A stretch of DNA of 63,331 nt, the filler included, from Octopus bimaculoides (lineage: Eukaryota), in assembly GCF_001194135.2 (NCBI RefSeq). It is 5 parts of 4 records of this genome, joined end to end, with 100 filler letters (N's around TTAATTAATTAA, not from the genome) between each part and the next. Parts side by side here need not be neighbours in the genome. Positions count along the whole stretch, not along the records: positions 41,085 to 53,886 come from NC_068991.1; positions 53,987 to 60,665 come from NC_068996.1; positions 60,766 to 63,331 come from NC_069010.1; 2 more parts are not named here. One strand, written 5' to 3'. The translations under genes were made by a program, and so were the position numbers. The notes under the pieces were generated by a model that saw only the letters and a list, made by a program, of their open reading frames with translations, searched no databases and was not told the origin of the DNA. This document shows, in pieces, positions 52,649-63,331 of the stretch; position 1 is the first letter of the stretch; the number at the start of each line of letters is the position of its first letter.

Positions 52649-53854
52649 CAGGGTGCATAAGGTATTTGAGGACATACTGTTTTGGGGTCATTGCTGCATT
52701 TTTTGCTAACTCTGTATAATCTTTGTTTCAGAAGATAATAATGGTAGACCCTCAGCTTACTCAAGAAATGAAGAGGTATGCTGTTATTGTGGTTATAAAG
52801 GCTGAGCATAGCAATTTAGAAATATCTCGAATTTAAAAGTTGCCAGATCTTTCATCTACAAAGTTTGTAAGGAGTTAGAGACTGAAGATGGAAACATATC
52901 ACCAGCAACAAAGGATAAAATGCATTCTAAATGCTCTGAAACATCAGAACACCTGAATTTATCCAAAGTCCATGAAGACAATTGCAAAAGATCTCCATGG
53001 AACAGTCAGAAATGTTGTCCACAAAGACATCAGATATAAGTCTTATATGATGAGGAAAGGTGAATTTGTCAGAAAAAGCAAAAGAAGATCACTACATCAG
53101 ATCTAAAAGGCTCTTAAACAAACTGAAAAATCCAGCAGAAGAAGATTTCATATGGTTTTTCTCAAACAAGAAAAACTTGGACCAAGATCAAAAAGTTAAC
53201 AGAAGAAATGACAGATGGTTATGTGCAGACCCTTCTGAAGTTCAAAGTGTTATGCATACAAAATTTCATGCAACTGTCATGGTTTTAAGAGTTGTCAGCA
53301 ATGAAGGACATGTGATGCCTCCTTACTTCTTTCCACAAGGCCTTACAATTAACTCTGCCGCCTACATTGAGGTCCTGGAAATAATTGTTAAGTCCTGGAT
53401 AGATAGTGTATGCAATGGAAGGACATATGTATTTCAGTAAGACTTTGCACTATCACACATGGCTCTAGTAACACAGGAATGGATGGCTGAAAATTTTCAT
53501 GATCAAATAACACCTAACATTTGGCCTCCTAATTCCCCAGATCTCAATCCATTGGACTATTACATGTAGAGCATTGTTGAGATAGAGATAAATGAACACA
53601 CCCATAACACCAAAGATTCATTGAAAGCTGCCAAAGTCAGAGTAATGTTCAAAATGAACCAGGGCCACTTGATTCGAGCGTGTAGATGATTTAGATTTCA
53701 TATAGAAACAGTTGTTGAAGCTGAATGTGACTTTATTGAATAACTTTATAGAAAAGAAGGTCTATTTTTATCCTCATAACATTTTTTGATAAATAAAGTT
53801 ATTATCTGTTATTATATAAACATAAATCTATCCACAAATATCTTACGTCCCCTG
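52649..53854 (+). mobile_element. Full-length DD37D (maT) Tc1/mariner element, pseudogenised
   Basis: TA-CAGGGTGCATAAGGTATTTG ... CAAATATCTTACGTCCCCTG-TA. FQ*D is followed by 37 residues to the D of WPPNSPDLNPLD (hand count). Confidence 0.9.
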
Positions 53855-53886
53855 TATGTATATAAATATATATATATATATATATA

Positions 53887-53986
53887 NNNNNNNNNNNNNN
53901 NNNNNNNNNNNNNNNNNNNNNNNNNNNNNNTTAATTAATTAANNNNNNNNNNNNNNNNNNNNNNNNNNNNNNNNNNNNNNNNNNNN
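53887..53986. other. Artificial scaffold linker N44-TTAATTAATTAA-N44
   Basis: Same 100-bp structure. Confidence 0.95.
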
Positions 53987-54126
53987 TTTAATATGTTGGC
54001 CTGGTAGTTCTTTGTAGGTAGGCATTGATGTTGGGCTGCTATGATAAACCCCTCTGTTTCTGATTTCAAGCCAGAGGCCATTAGCCATTGGTGGGTAAGG
54101 GCTTTGTCAATATCTGCATTATTCTC
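53987..54126 (-). mobile_element. R4/Dong LINE fragment
   Basis: ADIDKALTHQWLMASGLKSETEGFIIAAQHQCLPTKNYQANILK. Confidence 0.85.
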
Positions 54127-54151
54127 TTATTATTATTATTATTATTATTAA

Positions 54152-54233
<82 letters not shown>

Positions 54234-55920
54234 GACTTTGCACAGCTTCTATCGCTGGAGATGTACTACGGTGTCAGCTGTTCCCTACCAGTAACACTTC
54301 TTATTTTTCGAGCACCTTCCGGAGTATTCGAGCGTTTCCAAGCAGTGTTGTTTTCTGCAAGTGCTCCACCCTTATTGCAGCCGCTATTTGTTTTACGTAC
54401 TTCTCGAGATTTTTAATCACTGTTCACAGGGCTCCGACAATTATTGGTACTACTACCACCTTTTTCATCGACTACAACTGCTTAAAGTCCCAAGCTAACC
54501 TGTCATATCTATCGACTTTTCCTTCTTCCTTATTGCATACTTTGTTGTCAGCTAGACATACTATATCTATGATCCAGCATAGTTTGTTTTCTTTCTCAAT
54601 TAAGACTACGCCTGGCTTCCTATTCTCTATCTCATGGTCGCACTGAATCATAAAATCCCACAGCTTCGATGATGCCTTCGGGTTTGTTGTCGTGCCAATA
54701 TTTTACTCTGTCAAGTCCATACTTTTTGCAAAGTGTCCAGCATACAAGCATTGCTATATTATGGCGTCTATAATATTCACTCTGGGCTAGTGGTGTACAT
54801 TGGCAGGTAATATGCCATACGGTTTCACCATTTTGTCCACAGATTCTGCACTTATCACTTTCTGATGTGTTGTCAGTTCTGCATTTTATATAATTTGTTC
54901 TTAGTGCTTGCTCTTGGGTAGCACAGATTGGAGCATCCGTTTCCGGTTTTAAATCACTTTTAGTCATCGACAGCCATCTTTTTTCTGTCTGCCTTATCTT
55001 CAACATTCCTATGAAATTGACCGTGCATACTTTTCTTTACCCACCTATTTTCAGTTCCATTCGTGTTCACTTACTTGCATAGTGCTTTATCTTTGCAATC
55101 TTTCATTCTACACAGGCCTGACCTTCTTATTTCTAATAATAGCGGTTCTGTGGAATGTTTTACATGCCATGCTATGTTCTTTTCTTCTGCTCGAATGCTG
55201 TGTTCGCATCCAATAAGTGCTCTTCCCCTTCTTTATCTTGGAACATACAGTCTGTCTGTATCACTTTTTGGGTGGAGTGATTTATATCTTGTTAGCAACT
55301 TCCTTATCTTTCTATCTAAACTGTTTAGTTCGTCTACTGTTCATGCGATTACCCATGTTCCATATCTAAGGAGTGAAACTGTCCAGGTGTTGATAGCTTC
55401 AATCTTATTCCGTCCGTAGATTGCCTTTTGTTCATCTGTCATTTCGCCATTAGTTTTATTGTCTTCTTTTACATCATCTATATATCTCTCATCAAGTCAC
55501 CCCAACTACCACTGCTCCTTTCCTGTGCTATGAGATTACTCTTATTTGTAAGAACTGTATTTTTATCATTATTTCTGTTGCTATTTTCCAAGATCCGTCT
55601 TTTGATAGCTTCGAGCTCTACTTCTGTGAACCAACAATTTTTTCTTATTGCTGTAGCTTGATCACATAGTCTCTGTTCCATGAGATGAAACAATCCCTTT
55701 TCCCTCCAATGATGATACATACGTTGTCGGTAACCCCTAATTTGAGCACCATTTTCATCTACCGGGTTGCTCAGGTAGTAACACTCTATGACCAAAGCAT
55801 TGACTTGTTTGTTCCATCTACGCCGTGCGTGGTTGTCCCTTTCTGGATATCGACAGGCTGGAGCCGGACCAGCTCTACTCTATTCCAATTTCCTTTATAT
55901 TCCTCTTGATGCCTTCTGAT
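54127..55920 (-). mobile_element. R4/Dong-clade LINE with (TAA)n tail (54127-54233) and RT core deleted
   Basis: N-terminus VIECYYLSNP...YRQRMYHHW...EQRLCDQ is fused near 55420 to YGRNKIEAINTW. CCHC knuckle CRICGQNGETVWHITCQC, RLE motifs (RKP, IIDI, PIIVGALG), UTR and tail follow. Confidence 0.9.
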
Positions 55921-57085
55921 ACTGTCCCCAAGGACCCAACAGTATTAGGCACTATCTTCAGCTTCATTTTCTAAAGCCAAGATTGTATATGTCTAGTTTT
56001 TCGCCTTCTTGCATGACCATTCGTGGGTCAAAGGGGCACGTAATATCAACTATATAGCAAATGTGGTGCACCTTGTCCACCACTACTAGATCCGGTTTAT
56101 TATGCTCTAGATCATCTTGGATTGGAAAATCACACAAGATTTGCCGGTCTCCGCCACTCTTTGCCGTTTGTGCTCATATCTTGCCTTCTTTTAGACCCCA
56201 CTTTTCGCAGTTTCCAATGTAGCACTTTCGATACATTGTCGTGTCGCTACAACTTCTGGTTTTGGACAAGTCTAGGGCATTTGTGATATGGGAAACGGTT
56301 TAATCCACTCTATTGCAGATGTAGCACAACAGAGACACAATTCCTAAGGTTGACCTTCCAGTCTGTGGCCAGAGCTTGGCCCTGCGCTGCCAGTATAGTG
56401 CTAATCCCACCTATTTTTCCAACAACTGTTTTGGCTCCATGGAATTGATTGTGTAGTACCTTCTTGCGTAATTGTTCTTCATGTCCATTTTGGACTTCTT
56501 CCTGTGTTTTTTCCTTTTTTCCCTGCTTTCAATACCCATTCGTTCCTAACTGTCACTAGCAAGGTTTCCATACTTTGGGCACGCAGTCTTCCTCACGTAT
56601 CAGTCCTCTTCCTCCATTTGCTCTCTTCATGTACAGACGACCAGTGTCTGCACGTGGATTATGGACTCCATGCCTCGTTAGGAGCGTTCTTGTCTTCCTG
56701 TTCAACTCCTTTAGCTCCTCCTCTGTCCACTTCAGAATTCCAGCGTCATACAGAACTACTGCGACTGCACGCCTGTTTATTGCTGAAATTATGTTTCTGG
56801 CATTCAACTTTGAAATCAATATTTCTCTCATTCCCCGCAAGTACTTTTTCTTTCTCTTTCTTTTCATATCATTGTGTTTAATTCCGCTTGTCTCAAGTAT
56901 TCCCAGGTATTTGTATATGGATTATATCGAGTTCAATTGCCTTCATTAATCAATTACCTTCATTTAATTACCTTCATCATCAGCATAAATATGATTTTTG
57001 TCCTGACAAGCTTCTCTCGACTCATCACCCGCATAACATATTCTGAGAGTCCAAACTCCATCTCGATAACATTCATGAAAAATGC
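55921..57085 (-). mobile_element. Second R4/Dong-clade LINE fragment (different subfamily)
   Basis: SKLNARNIISAIN...RLYMKRANGGRGLI, and HNKPDLVVVDKVHHICYIVDITCPFD (RLE PD..D motif). Confidence 0.85.
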
Positions 57086-57379
57086 ACGTTATTATTATTG
57101 AGGCATGCTAGCAGAAACTTTAGTACGGCGGAAAAAATACTTAGCAGCTAAATGCTGCTAAGAAATGGTCTTTACTGTCCATATCTCAGACAGATTTAGC
57201 ATGGATTTTGTGGCGTAATGATCGAGTCTTAACCAATGATGATGGTGCTTTGGAATACTTACATCAGCTCAATTTTGGGGGCATCTGGAGTTGTTGTTGT
57301 TGTTGTTTCTCGAAATGCTAATAACTATTTAAGAATCTTAATGCCAGGCTACTCCAGCCATGATCTTACTTTTTGCACG

Positions 57380-57830
57380 ACTCTACCTTGAGGTCTCAAA
57401 ATCGCTTGTAAAATTTCTATCGTATTCATAATCGACATCGTTGCATCATCTCTGTTCACACTCAGTATTTTTCTTTCATAAAACACTCTGTTGTCAACCG
57501 ATGATGCTGTATGAAGTATCTTTCCTTGTTGACAATAACAATACCTGTTCTATTTTTCTCTTGACCTCTGAATTTCGACTTCATGTATCAAGATAACCTC
57601 TTCATCTAATTCTACGACATTAGCGTACCACAATCAGATAATATTTTTCAAGCGCTGACATTACCTTCAAACTTTTAACTACAAGTTTGCCGGATTCATT
57701 TCCTATATCGTTCGTATATACTATATAAAGAAACAGCTTTAAGTAAAGTTCCACCCGAAAAATTGCAGGTTGTACAAAATATAAGATGATTGATTTTAAA
57801 TTAATCCTTTCTCCACATTCATATCCGAAA
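57380..57830 (-). mobile_element. Possible Merlin/ISXO2 transposase remnant
   Basis: VILIHE + frameshift + SKFRGQEKNRTG resembles IDESKF..RKYNRG. VNRDDATM...ILQAILRPQ resembles VENRDAATLLPII...IRPG. Confidence 0.45.
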
Positions 57831-58486
57831 TCTTCTCTTTCACAAGATCATCGTTATTAGAACCATGTTCAATAGGGAGAGTAAGGATGGCACCCTACTA
57901 TTTTGCAGCCTATTTTGTTTAGAATGTGCTGTTCCCAGAGAAAGGGACATATATGTAGTGCAACCATCTGATCAGTAATTTCTATATAAGTGGAGAAAAC
58001 AATTTCGAAAGTAAATTATCGATGGCATTTTCTTTTGTTAATTAAAGCAGCAATGGTTTCCCCATGTATCATCCGTAGAGATAAGGGTTCTTATTTCGTT
58101 GCAAGTCGATATTTTTGTGCAAGGAATTCAACCATCGATCTCAAAATCGTTAGTCCAGTACTTATCTGTTGAGAATTCTATGACTTTATCATTTGTTAAT
58201 TTGTACATCTTTTGTCCTACTCAAATTCCCATTGTGCTCTTTTTTGGTATGTGAAATATCATTCTCAAACCTCTTTTACATTATGAATCACTTCTTTATT
58301 TCCTTTATAATTCATCGCCTAGAATTATTTTTTCTTCTATATTTAATACGTAGTTTTGTTTAACTGTTTTGTTGTTTGTAGAGTTTTATTTTAGTTGCTT
58401 TCATAGCCACTCTTTGTTTAAAATTCATTCCTCTCTGAACATCATTATACCATTCTAGTATTGTTTCTGTTGTCCTTTCTCACATC

Positions 58487-58705
58487 TCTTTAACTCTTAC
58501 TCTTTTACTCTTTTACATGTTTCAGTCATTTGACTGCGGCCATGCTGGAGCACCGCCTTTAGTCGAGCAAATGGACCCCAGGACTTATTCTTTGGAAGCC
58601 TAGTACTTATTCTATCAGTCTCTTTTGCCGAACCACTAAGTTACGGGGACGTAAACACACCTGCATCGGTTGTCAAGCGATGTTGGGGGGAAAAACACAG
58701 ACACA

Positions 58706-58743
<38 letters not shown>

Positions 58744-58990
58744 NNNNNNNNNNNNNNNNNNNNNNNNNNNNNNNNNNNNNNNNNNNNNNNNNNNNNNNNN
58801 NNNNNNNNNNNNNNNNNNNNNNNNNNNNNNNNNNNNNNNNNNNNNNNNNNNNNNNNNNNNNNNNNNNNNNNNNNNNNNNNNNNNNNNNNNNNNNNNNNNN
58901 NNNNNNNNNNNNNNNNNNNNNNNNNNNNNNNNNNNNNNNNNNNNNNNNNNNNNNNNNNNNNNNNNNCCACACAACCACTCCTGCGCCTAT
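58487..58990 (-). mobile_element. Composite SINE C+D spanning a gap, CpG-intact
   Basis: (TTTTACTC) tail, D module at 58487-58700, (CA)n, gap, and C-head end CCACACAACCACTCCTGCGCCTAT. Confidence 0.85.
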
Positions 58991-59100
58991 TTCACTACAT
59001 TTTTACCTGATAATTTCATTGGATTTTTTTTCTTTTCAAAATATCGATGTTCATTCTCAAGACTCTAAGTCCTTTAATATCTTTTACACAGTTCTTTTTA

Positions 59101-59186
59101 ATCATCATCATCATCATCATCATCATCAGCATCATCATCATCATCGTCATCATCGTCATCTTCATCGTCATCGTCATCGCCACGGC

Positions 59187-59220
<34 letters not shown>

Positions 59221-59391
59221 GTCATCGTTATCGTCGTCGTCATCATCATCACCTTCTTCTTCTTCTTCTTCTTCTTCTTTTTCTTCTTCTTCTTCTACTT
59301 CTTCTTCTTCTTCTTTCTCTTTCACTCCTCCTCCACCTCCTCCTTCTTTTTCTCCTCCTTCTCTTTCTCCTCCTCTTCCCCTCCTTATTCT

Positions 59392-59444
<53 letters not shown>

Positions 59445-59445
59445 T
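59101..59445. repeat. Compound trinucleotide microsatellite (CAT/CGT)n-(CTT)n-(CTC)n-(TTA)n
   Basis: Read directly. Confidence 0.95.
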
Positions 59446-60147
59446 CGTTCAGATGGAGTAGACATTGTTTCATAACTTGTTCTCCAAAGTAGACATTTTG
59501 CCAGTACTCGTTTATAGATAACTTCCTAAAAGTTGAGGTCTCCGCCAACGTGGTTTGTAAAAGAAAAAAATATATATTAAGTTTGTTTTCATTTTTGGAA
59601 AAATGTTTAATTTTTTTCTCTTTGCTTCACCGACATATAAAAAACGGCTAGAAATATTTCACGCCACGCCCATTAAAAGAAAACTGAAAATGTACAAAAT
59701 AATACATTTTTCATACAGTAAACCAAACAAAACATTATTATTTGAATTGCAACGCAGAATATTAATAGTACCCACGAACAAAAGGAAACAACACGAGTAT
59801 ACATGCGTCCGTTACGACAAATGTAAATATGAAGAATGGAATGCTATCCATTGCAAACGTTCTTTCAAAAGGGGTGGAGGAAACAGTTGATATGGAAAAG
59901 TTTACTTAAAGAAGAACTTGACAGCCTTTTGATTAGTACCATCCGATCCAAATCCATCGCGGAGGCATGCGAAAGGAGAAAAGTAACGTACCAGTGGAGA
60001 GAGGGGGGGGGAGTTAGAGCCCTGGAAGACATTTTAAGTTAAATTCCTATGGTATATACTATGTGTAATTCTTAATGCAGTCAATGGGGTGAAAGTTCAT
60101 GTTCAAATTATATGACGTCTCTTCTCGTTAGCTGATTCTGCGATATT

Positions 60148-60665
60148 CCTACTATGATAGGAATTGTTTCTGTTTTTAGATTCCTCATTATACCTTCTTT
60201 TTTCTGTTGTTATTCCATAGTGTTGGTATAGCTTCCAGTGTATATAGGTCCCAGCTCTGTCGTGTCTGTGAATATATTCCTTCTTAGCCAGGACTGGGCA
60301 GCCAGAGATAATATGATTTATTGTTTCTTGTCCATCTCCACATATTCTACAGTTACTTATTATGTTTCTTTTCATTATATGTTTTTGGTAATTTCTGGTG
60401 GAGGGGCTTTGGTCTTGTGCAGCAATTAAAAATCCTTCAGTCACTGCTTTGAGTCCTGAGCTTCTCAACCATTGCTGGGATTTTTCTCTGTCTATTTCTT
60501 TCGCATTTAGTTTAGCCCAGTATTTACCATGTAGGGGCTTTTCTTGCCATCGTTTTATCATGGTCCGTCGCTGTTCTAGTTTTAGTTTGAATTTCATTTG
60601 TTTTATAGCTTTTGTTGTTTCTTCTTCTTCTTCGTATTTGTTAGGTAGTATGATTTCTTGTTTGT
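60148..60665 (-). mobile_element. Third R4/Dong LINE fragment with RLE core deleted
   Basis: WQEKPLHGKY...WLRSSGLKAVTEGFLIAAQDQ...CRICGDGQETINHIISGCPVLAKKEYIHRHD is joined to NLKTETIPIIVG. Confidence 0.88.
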
Positions 60666-60765
60666 NNNNNNNNNNNNNNNNNNNNNNNNNNNNNNNNNNN
60701 NNNNNNNNNTTAATTAATTAANNNNNNNNNNNNNNNNNNNNNNNNNNNNNNNNNNNNNNNNNNNN
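60666..60765. other. Artificial scaffold linker N44-TTAATTAATTAA-N44
   Basis: Same 100-bp structure. Confidence 0.95.
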
Positions 60766-60796
<31 letters not shown>

Positions 60797-60919
60797 CATT
60801 TATAGCTTTGTGTGAGTGCATGTGTTTGCAATGAATACTGCTTCAAGAAAAAAAAAAAAAAACAACATTGTGTTTACATCTAATAACACAGCAGTGCAAC
60901 AAACAGAGACTGCCACAGC

Positions 60920-61025
60920 AAGTACCAATTAAGTACTGGATTTGATATAATAGATCAAAACTTTTCAGGGTGTTGCCCCAGCATGGCCACAGTCAAGTGA
61001 CTAAAGCAAGTAAGAGAGTAAAGAA
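60920..61025 (+). mobile_element. SINE D-type 3' fragment, CpG-decayed
   Basis: GGGTGTTGCCCCAGCATGGCCACAGTC...GACTAAAGCAAGTAAGAGAGTAAAG. Confidence 0.65.
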
Positions 61026-61372
61026 ATACATTCTTCCAAAACTATTATCCAAATTGTATCGCCTCCTCTTTTTTTTAATGATGATATAGTGTTATTTGAT
61101 AGCAATTTGGCTGTTTTTTACTAGCAGGTCATGCAACCACTAAGGTGTTTCATTGTTGGTTTGTCCTACATGAAATCGCCAACCCTGGTTAAATTATACA
61201 GGTAACCTTTCAGTATATTTCTAAAATTCCATTTGCCAATCAACTTCAGAGTGCTGAAAAATTCCACAGGTTCGACAACCAGCTTTCGTTTCTTCAGATC
61301 ATTCTATACCAAAGTCACAAAACCAATTCTTTGTGTTTCACATCAGTAAAAAAAAAAAAATGCTTATATAAA

Positions 61373-61378
61373 TTTATT
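61373..61378 (-). terminator. Candidate polyadenylation signal for LZTR1
   Basis: AATAAA on the minus strand followed by a long T-rich tract, about 1.2 kb after the stop codon. No transcript evidence. Confidence 0.3.
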
Positions 61379-61454
61379 TATAATGAAATATTTTACTAAA
61401 GTTCTTGGTGAATGGCTTCTTAAATATTAATGTTTTTCCCAAAAAACAAATGAT

Positions 61455-61490
<36 letters not shown>

Positions 61491-61709
61491 GTGTGTGTAT
61501 ATCCAACTTAATGTGGAGGTCTTGTTACAACACCAAGCAGTGTNNNNNNNNNNNNNNNNNNNNNNNNNNNNNNNNNNNNNNNNNNNNNNNNNNNNNNNNN
61601 NNNNNNNNNNNNNNNNNNNNNNNNNNNNNNNNNNNNNNNNNNNNNNNNNNNNNNNNNNNNNNNNNNNNNNNNNNNNNNNNNNNNNNNNNNNNNNNNNNNN
61701 NNNNNNNNN

Positions 61710-61789
61710 AGATCACATATCATGTGTCTACTAAGACCGGATAATTCCCTTTGAGAATTATCTAGTCTTAGTAGACACATGACGTGATC
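61710..61789. repeat. 80-nt near-perfect hairpin
   Basis: AGATCAC..TCATGTGTCTACTAAGAC / GTCTTAGTAGACACATGA..GTGATCT (18 perfect bp), inner ATAATTC/GAATTAT, 6-nt loop. Confidence 0.9.
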
Positions 61790-62570
61790 TTCTTCTAGCA
61801 CATTGGCAGTCCACCTAGTGGCCTCCTTTATATATATTTTTATATCTACACACATATATATATATATATATATATGTGTGTGTATATCCAACTTAATGTG
61901 GAGGTCTTGTTACAACACCAAGCAGTGTGTTATTAGCGTTGAAAGATCCTCTCGAATGGGTGCTTGGTGCATAAAAGCACACACACACACATGGATTGTA
62001 GCAGACGAGAACCATCTGTTATGAGTGCTGGAAGCCCCGTATCATGTTCTTTCAGTCTACTTGACATCATCAGTGGGAGGTGCCTGGTCACCGCTTGCCA
62101 GTCAAATCTTGCTGCTATGATATATAGAATTTCAGAATCTTTTCAGGCACTGATGTTGTAAATAGCCAACAGGCTTATTAAAAAATTAATTACTAATGAT
62201 GGAAGAGTCATTAATACCAAAATGTAATCTTTGTATTCGACTTAAACATGGATGTGTTGTTAGAACACCAAATACTGTGTTGGATATAAAGATTACCTTT
62301 GTGTGTTCGTACTGCTTCTTTCTCTAATAATTAATATATATATAAATTAATATATATATAATTCTAGAGTATCACAACTTTGCCTTTTTTTCAAAAAGCA
62401 GTGATACCAGTGTTGCACTGGTGTCTTTACAAACTAAATCAGTCCAGCTGTGATTGTAGTTTAAAGCAGAGAGCATGAGGTTTCTTTTGGATTCAGGTAC
62501 CAAATTGTAATGCCAAAGGAATCGGTCATTTTATGAGAGGAAACGTCAGAAGAGACAAGGAGGTCAAGGG

Positions 62571-62687
62571 TCATGAGTTTGATAAATCTTGACAGTGTCG
62601 GCTTTCGTTCATGTCATTACCAACGGCATCGATAATGTCCAAGAGCAACTCTCGCTTTAGATTCCGTATCTGTGGTAAACGAGCCAC
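62571..62687 (-). CDS. LZTR1: Terminal coding exon of leucine zipper-like transcription regulator 1 (Kelch-BTB CUL3 adaptor)
   Basis: After a strong acceptor (TCTCTCTGTCTTTCTCTTTCGTTACAG|) the phase-0 exon reads VARLPQIRNLKRELLLDIIDAVGNDMNESRHCQDLSNS*. This aligns with the human LZTR1 C-terminus as I recall it ([38 protein letters not shown]), with equal length and LLLDIID identical. Confidence 0.85.
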   Translation of the reverse strand: MARLPQIRNLKRELLLDIIDAVGNDMNESRHCQDLSNS

Positions 62688-62720
62688 CTGTAACGAAAGA
62701 GAAAGACAGAGAGACATTGA
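62688..62720 (-). promoter_or_regulatory. 3' splice acceptor and polypyrimidine tract of the last LZTR1 intron
   Basis: Pyrimidine run ending in TACAG on the minus strand. Confidence 0.8.
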
Positions 62721-63005
62721 GTGAGAGAAATATATCTATTTATCTATACACACACACATGACTGTGTCTTCATGCATACGTATTCTTATATTTGCATAAG
62801 TGTGTGGTGGGGCAAAATGAGTAACCAGGGTGAAATAAGCAATTTTTGATTTCTTGTTATTTTTTCACTACCTGTTTTGAAATCCTTACATTGCATTTAT
62901 TATTTCATCTTTAGGAGTAAAAATTGGTCAGCATGGTTGAGTCTAAACACAGGTGAGTCTAAAACATAGTCAGGTGACAGGTTCTTTTTCAAGAAATTTT
63001 TCCTG

Positions 63006-63224
63006 CTAATAAGCGACGGAGTGCCAACAACAAATTACATCAAAACTGGGGCATTTTGATGCCAGAAAAATTTGGATACAGCCTTCAGGGTCCAACCCAT
63101 TACTCTGCTTTGTTTTTATGTTCATTAAAGTGGAAAATCCTTTTTTGCAAAGGTAGGTTGTTGCAAAAGGCGGCAACTTTTTGATTGCCTCTTCATGCCA
63201 GAAGAAAAACTTCTGTCGTAACAA
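63006..63224 (-). mobile_element. hAT (Buster/Charlie-type) transposase dimerisation-domain remnant in the LZTR1 intron
   Basis: AIKKLPPFATTYLCKKGFSTLMNIKTKQSNGLDPE, equivalent to LLPFATTYLCESGFS..IKTK.RNRL. Confidence 0.85.
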
Positions 63225-63331
63225 GGAACAGGTTTTTTTTTTTTTATATAACTTTACTTATTACCCCCAAGAATTCTATTTTTACTCCACTTGGGGTAAT
63301 TTACTTCAGTTTGTTGATCCCTCAACTATTG

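Noticed and set aside
61150-61330. Short frames open on both strands as an exon
   Set aside because: No recognisable homology. It lies near or beyond the probable LZTR1 3' end, and chance openness at about 45 codons is common.
62049-62077. Hammerhead (CTGATGA-TGTC AAGTA GACT-GAAA, minus strand)
   Set aside because: Stems III and I cannot be formed and stem II has only 3 bp, so chance is plausible.

Overview
AT-rich, repeat-dense eukaryotic scaffold. The SINE families, RTE and Dong LINEs and dense (TA/TG/GATA/TAA)n tracts resemble an octopus (coleoid cephalopod) genome; this is inferred from recalled repeat families, not searched. Most of the window is decayed transposons: tRNA-head SINEs, RTE, CR1/L2-type and R4/Dong LINEs, Penelope-like elements with hammerhead-ribozyme-like motifs, mariner and maT, hAT, a Helitron and a possible Merlin. 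The one host gene I can support is the terminal coding exon of an LZTR1 orthologue on the minus strand (62571-62687); the ORF track misses it. Four 100-bp N44-TTAATTAATTAA-N44 assembly linkers split the window into five blocks, and CpG decay of the repeats switches at three of them, so the window may not be biologically contiguous. Almost all listed ORFs are microsatellite, N-gap or TE artefacts. SINE labels A-E are my working names. Many TE boundaries are approximate.
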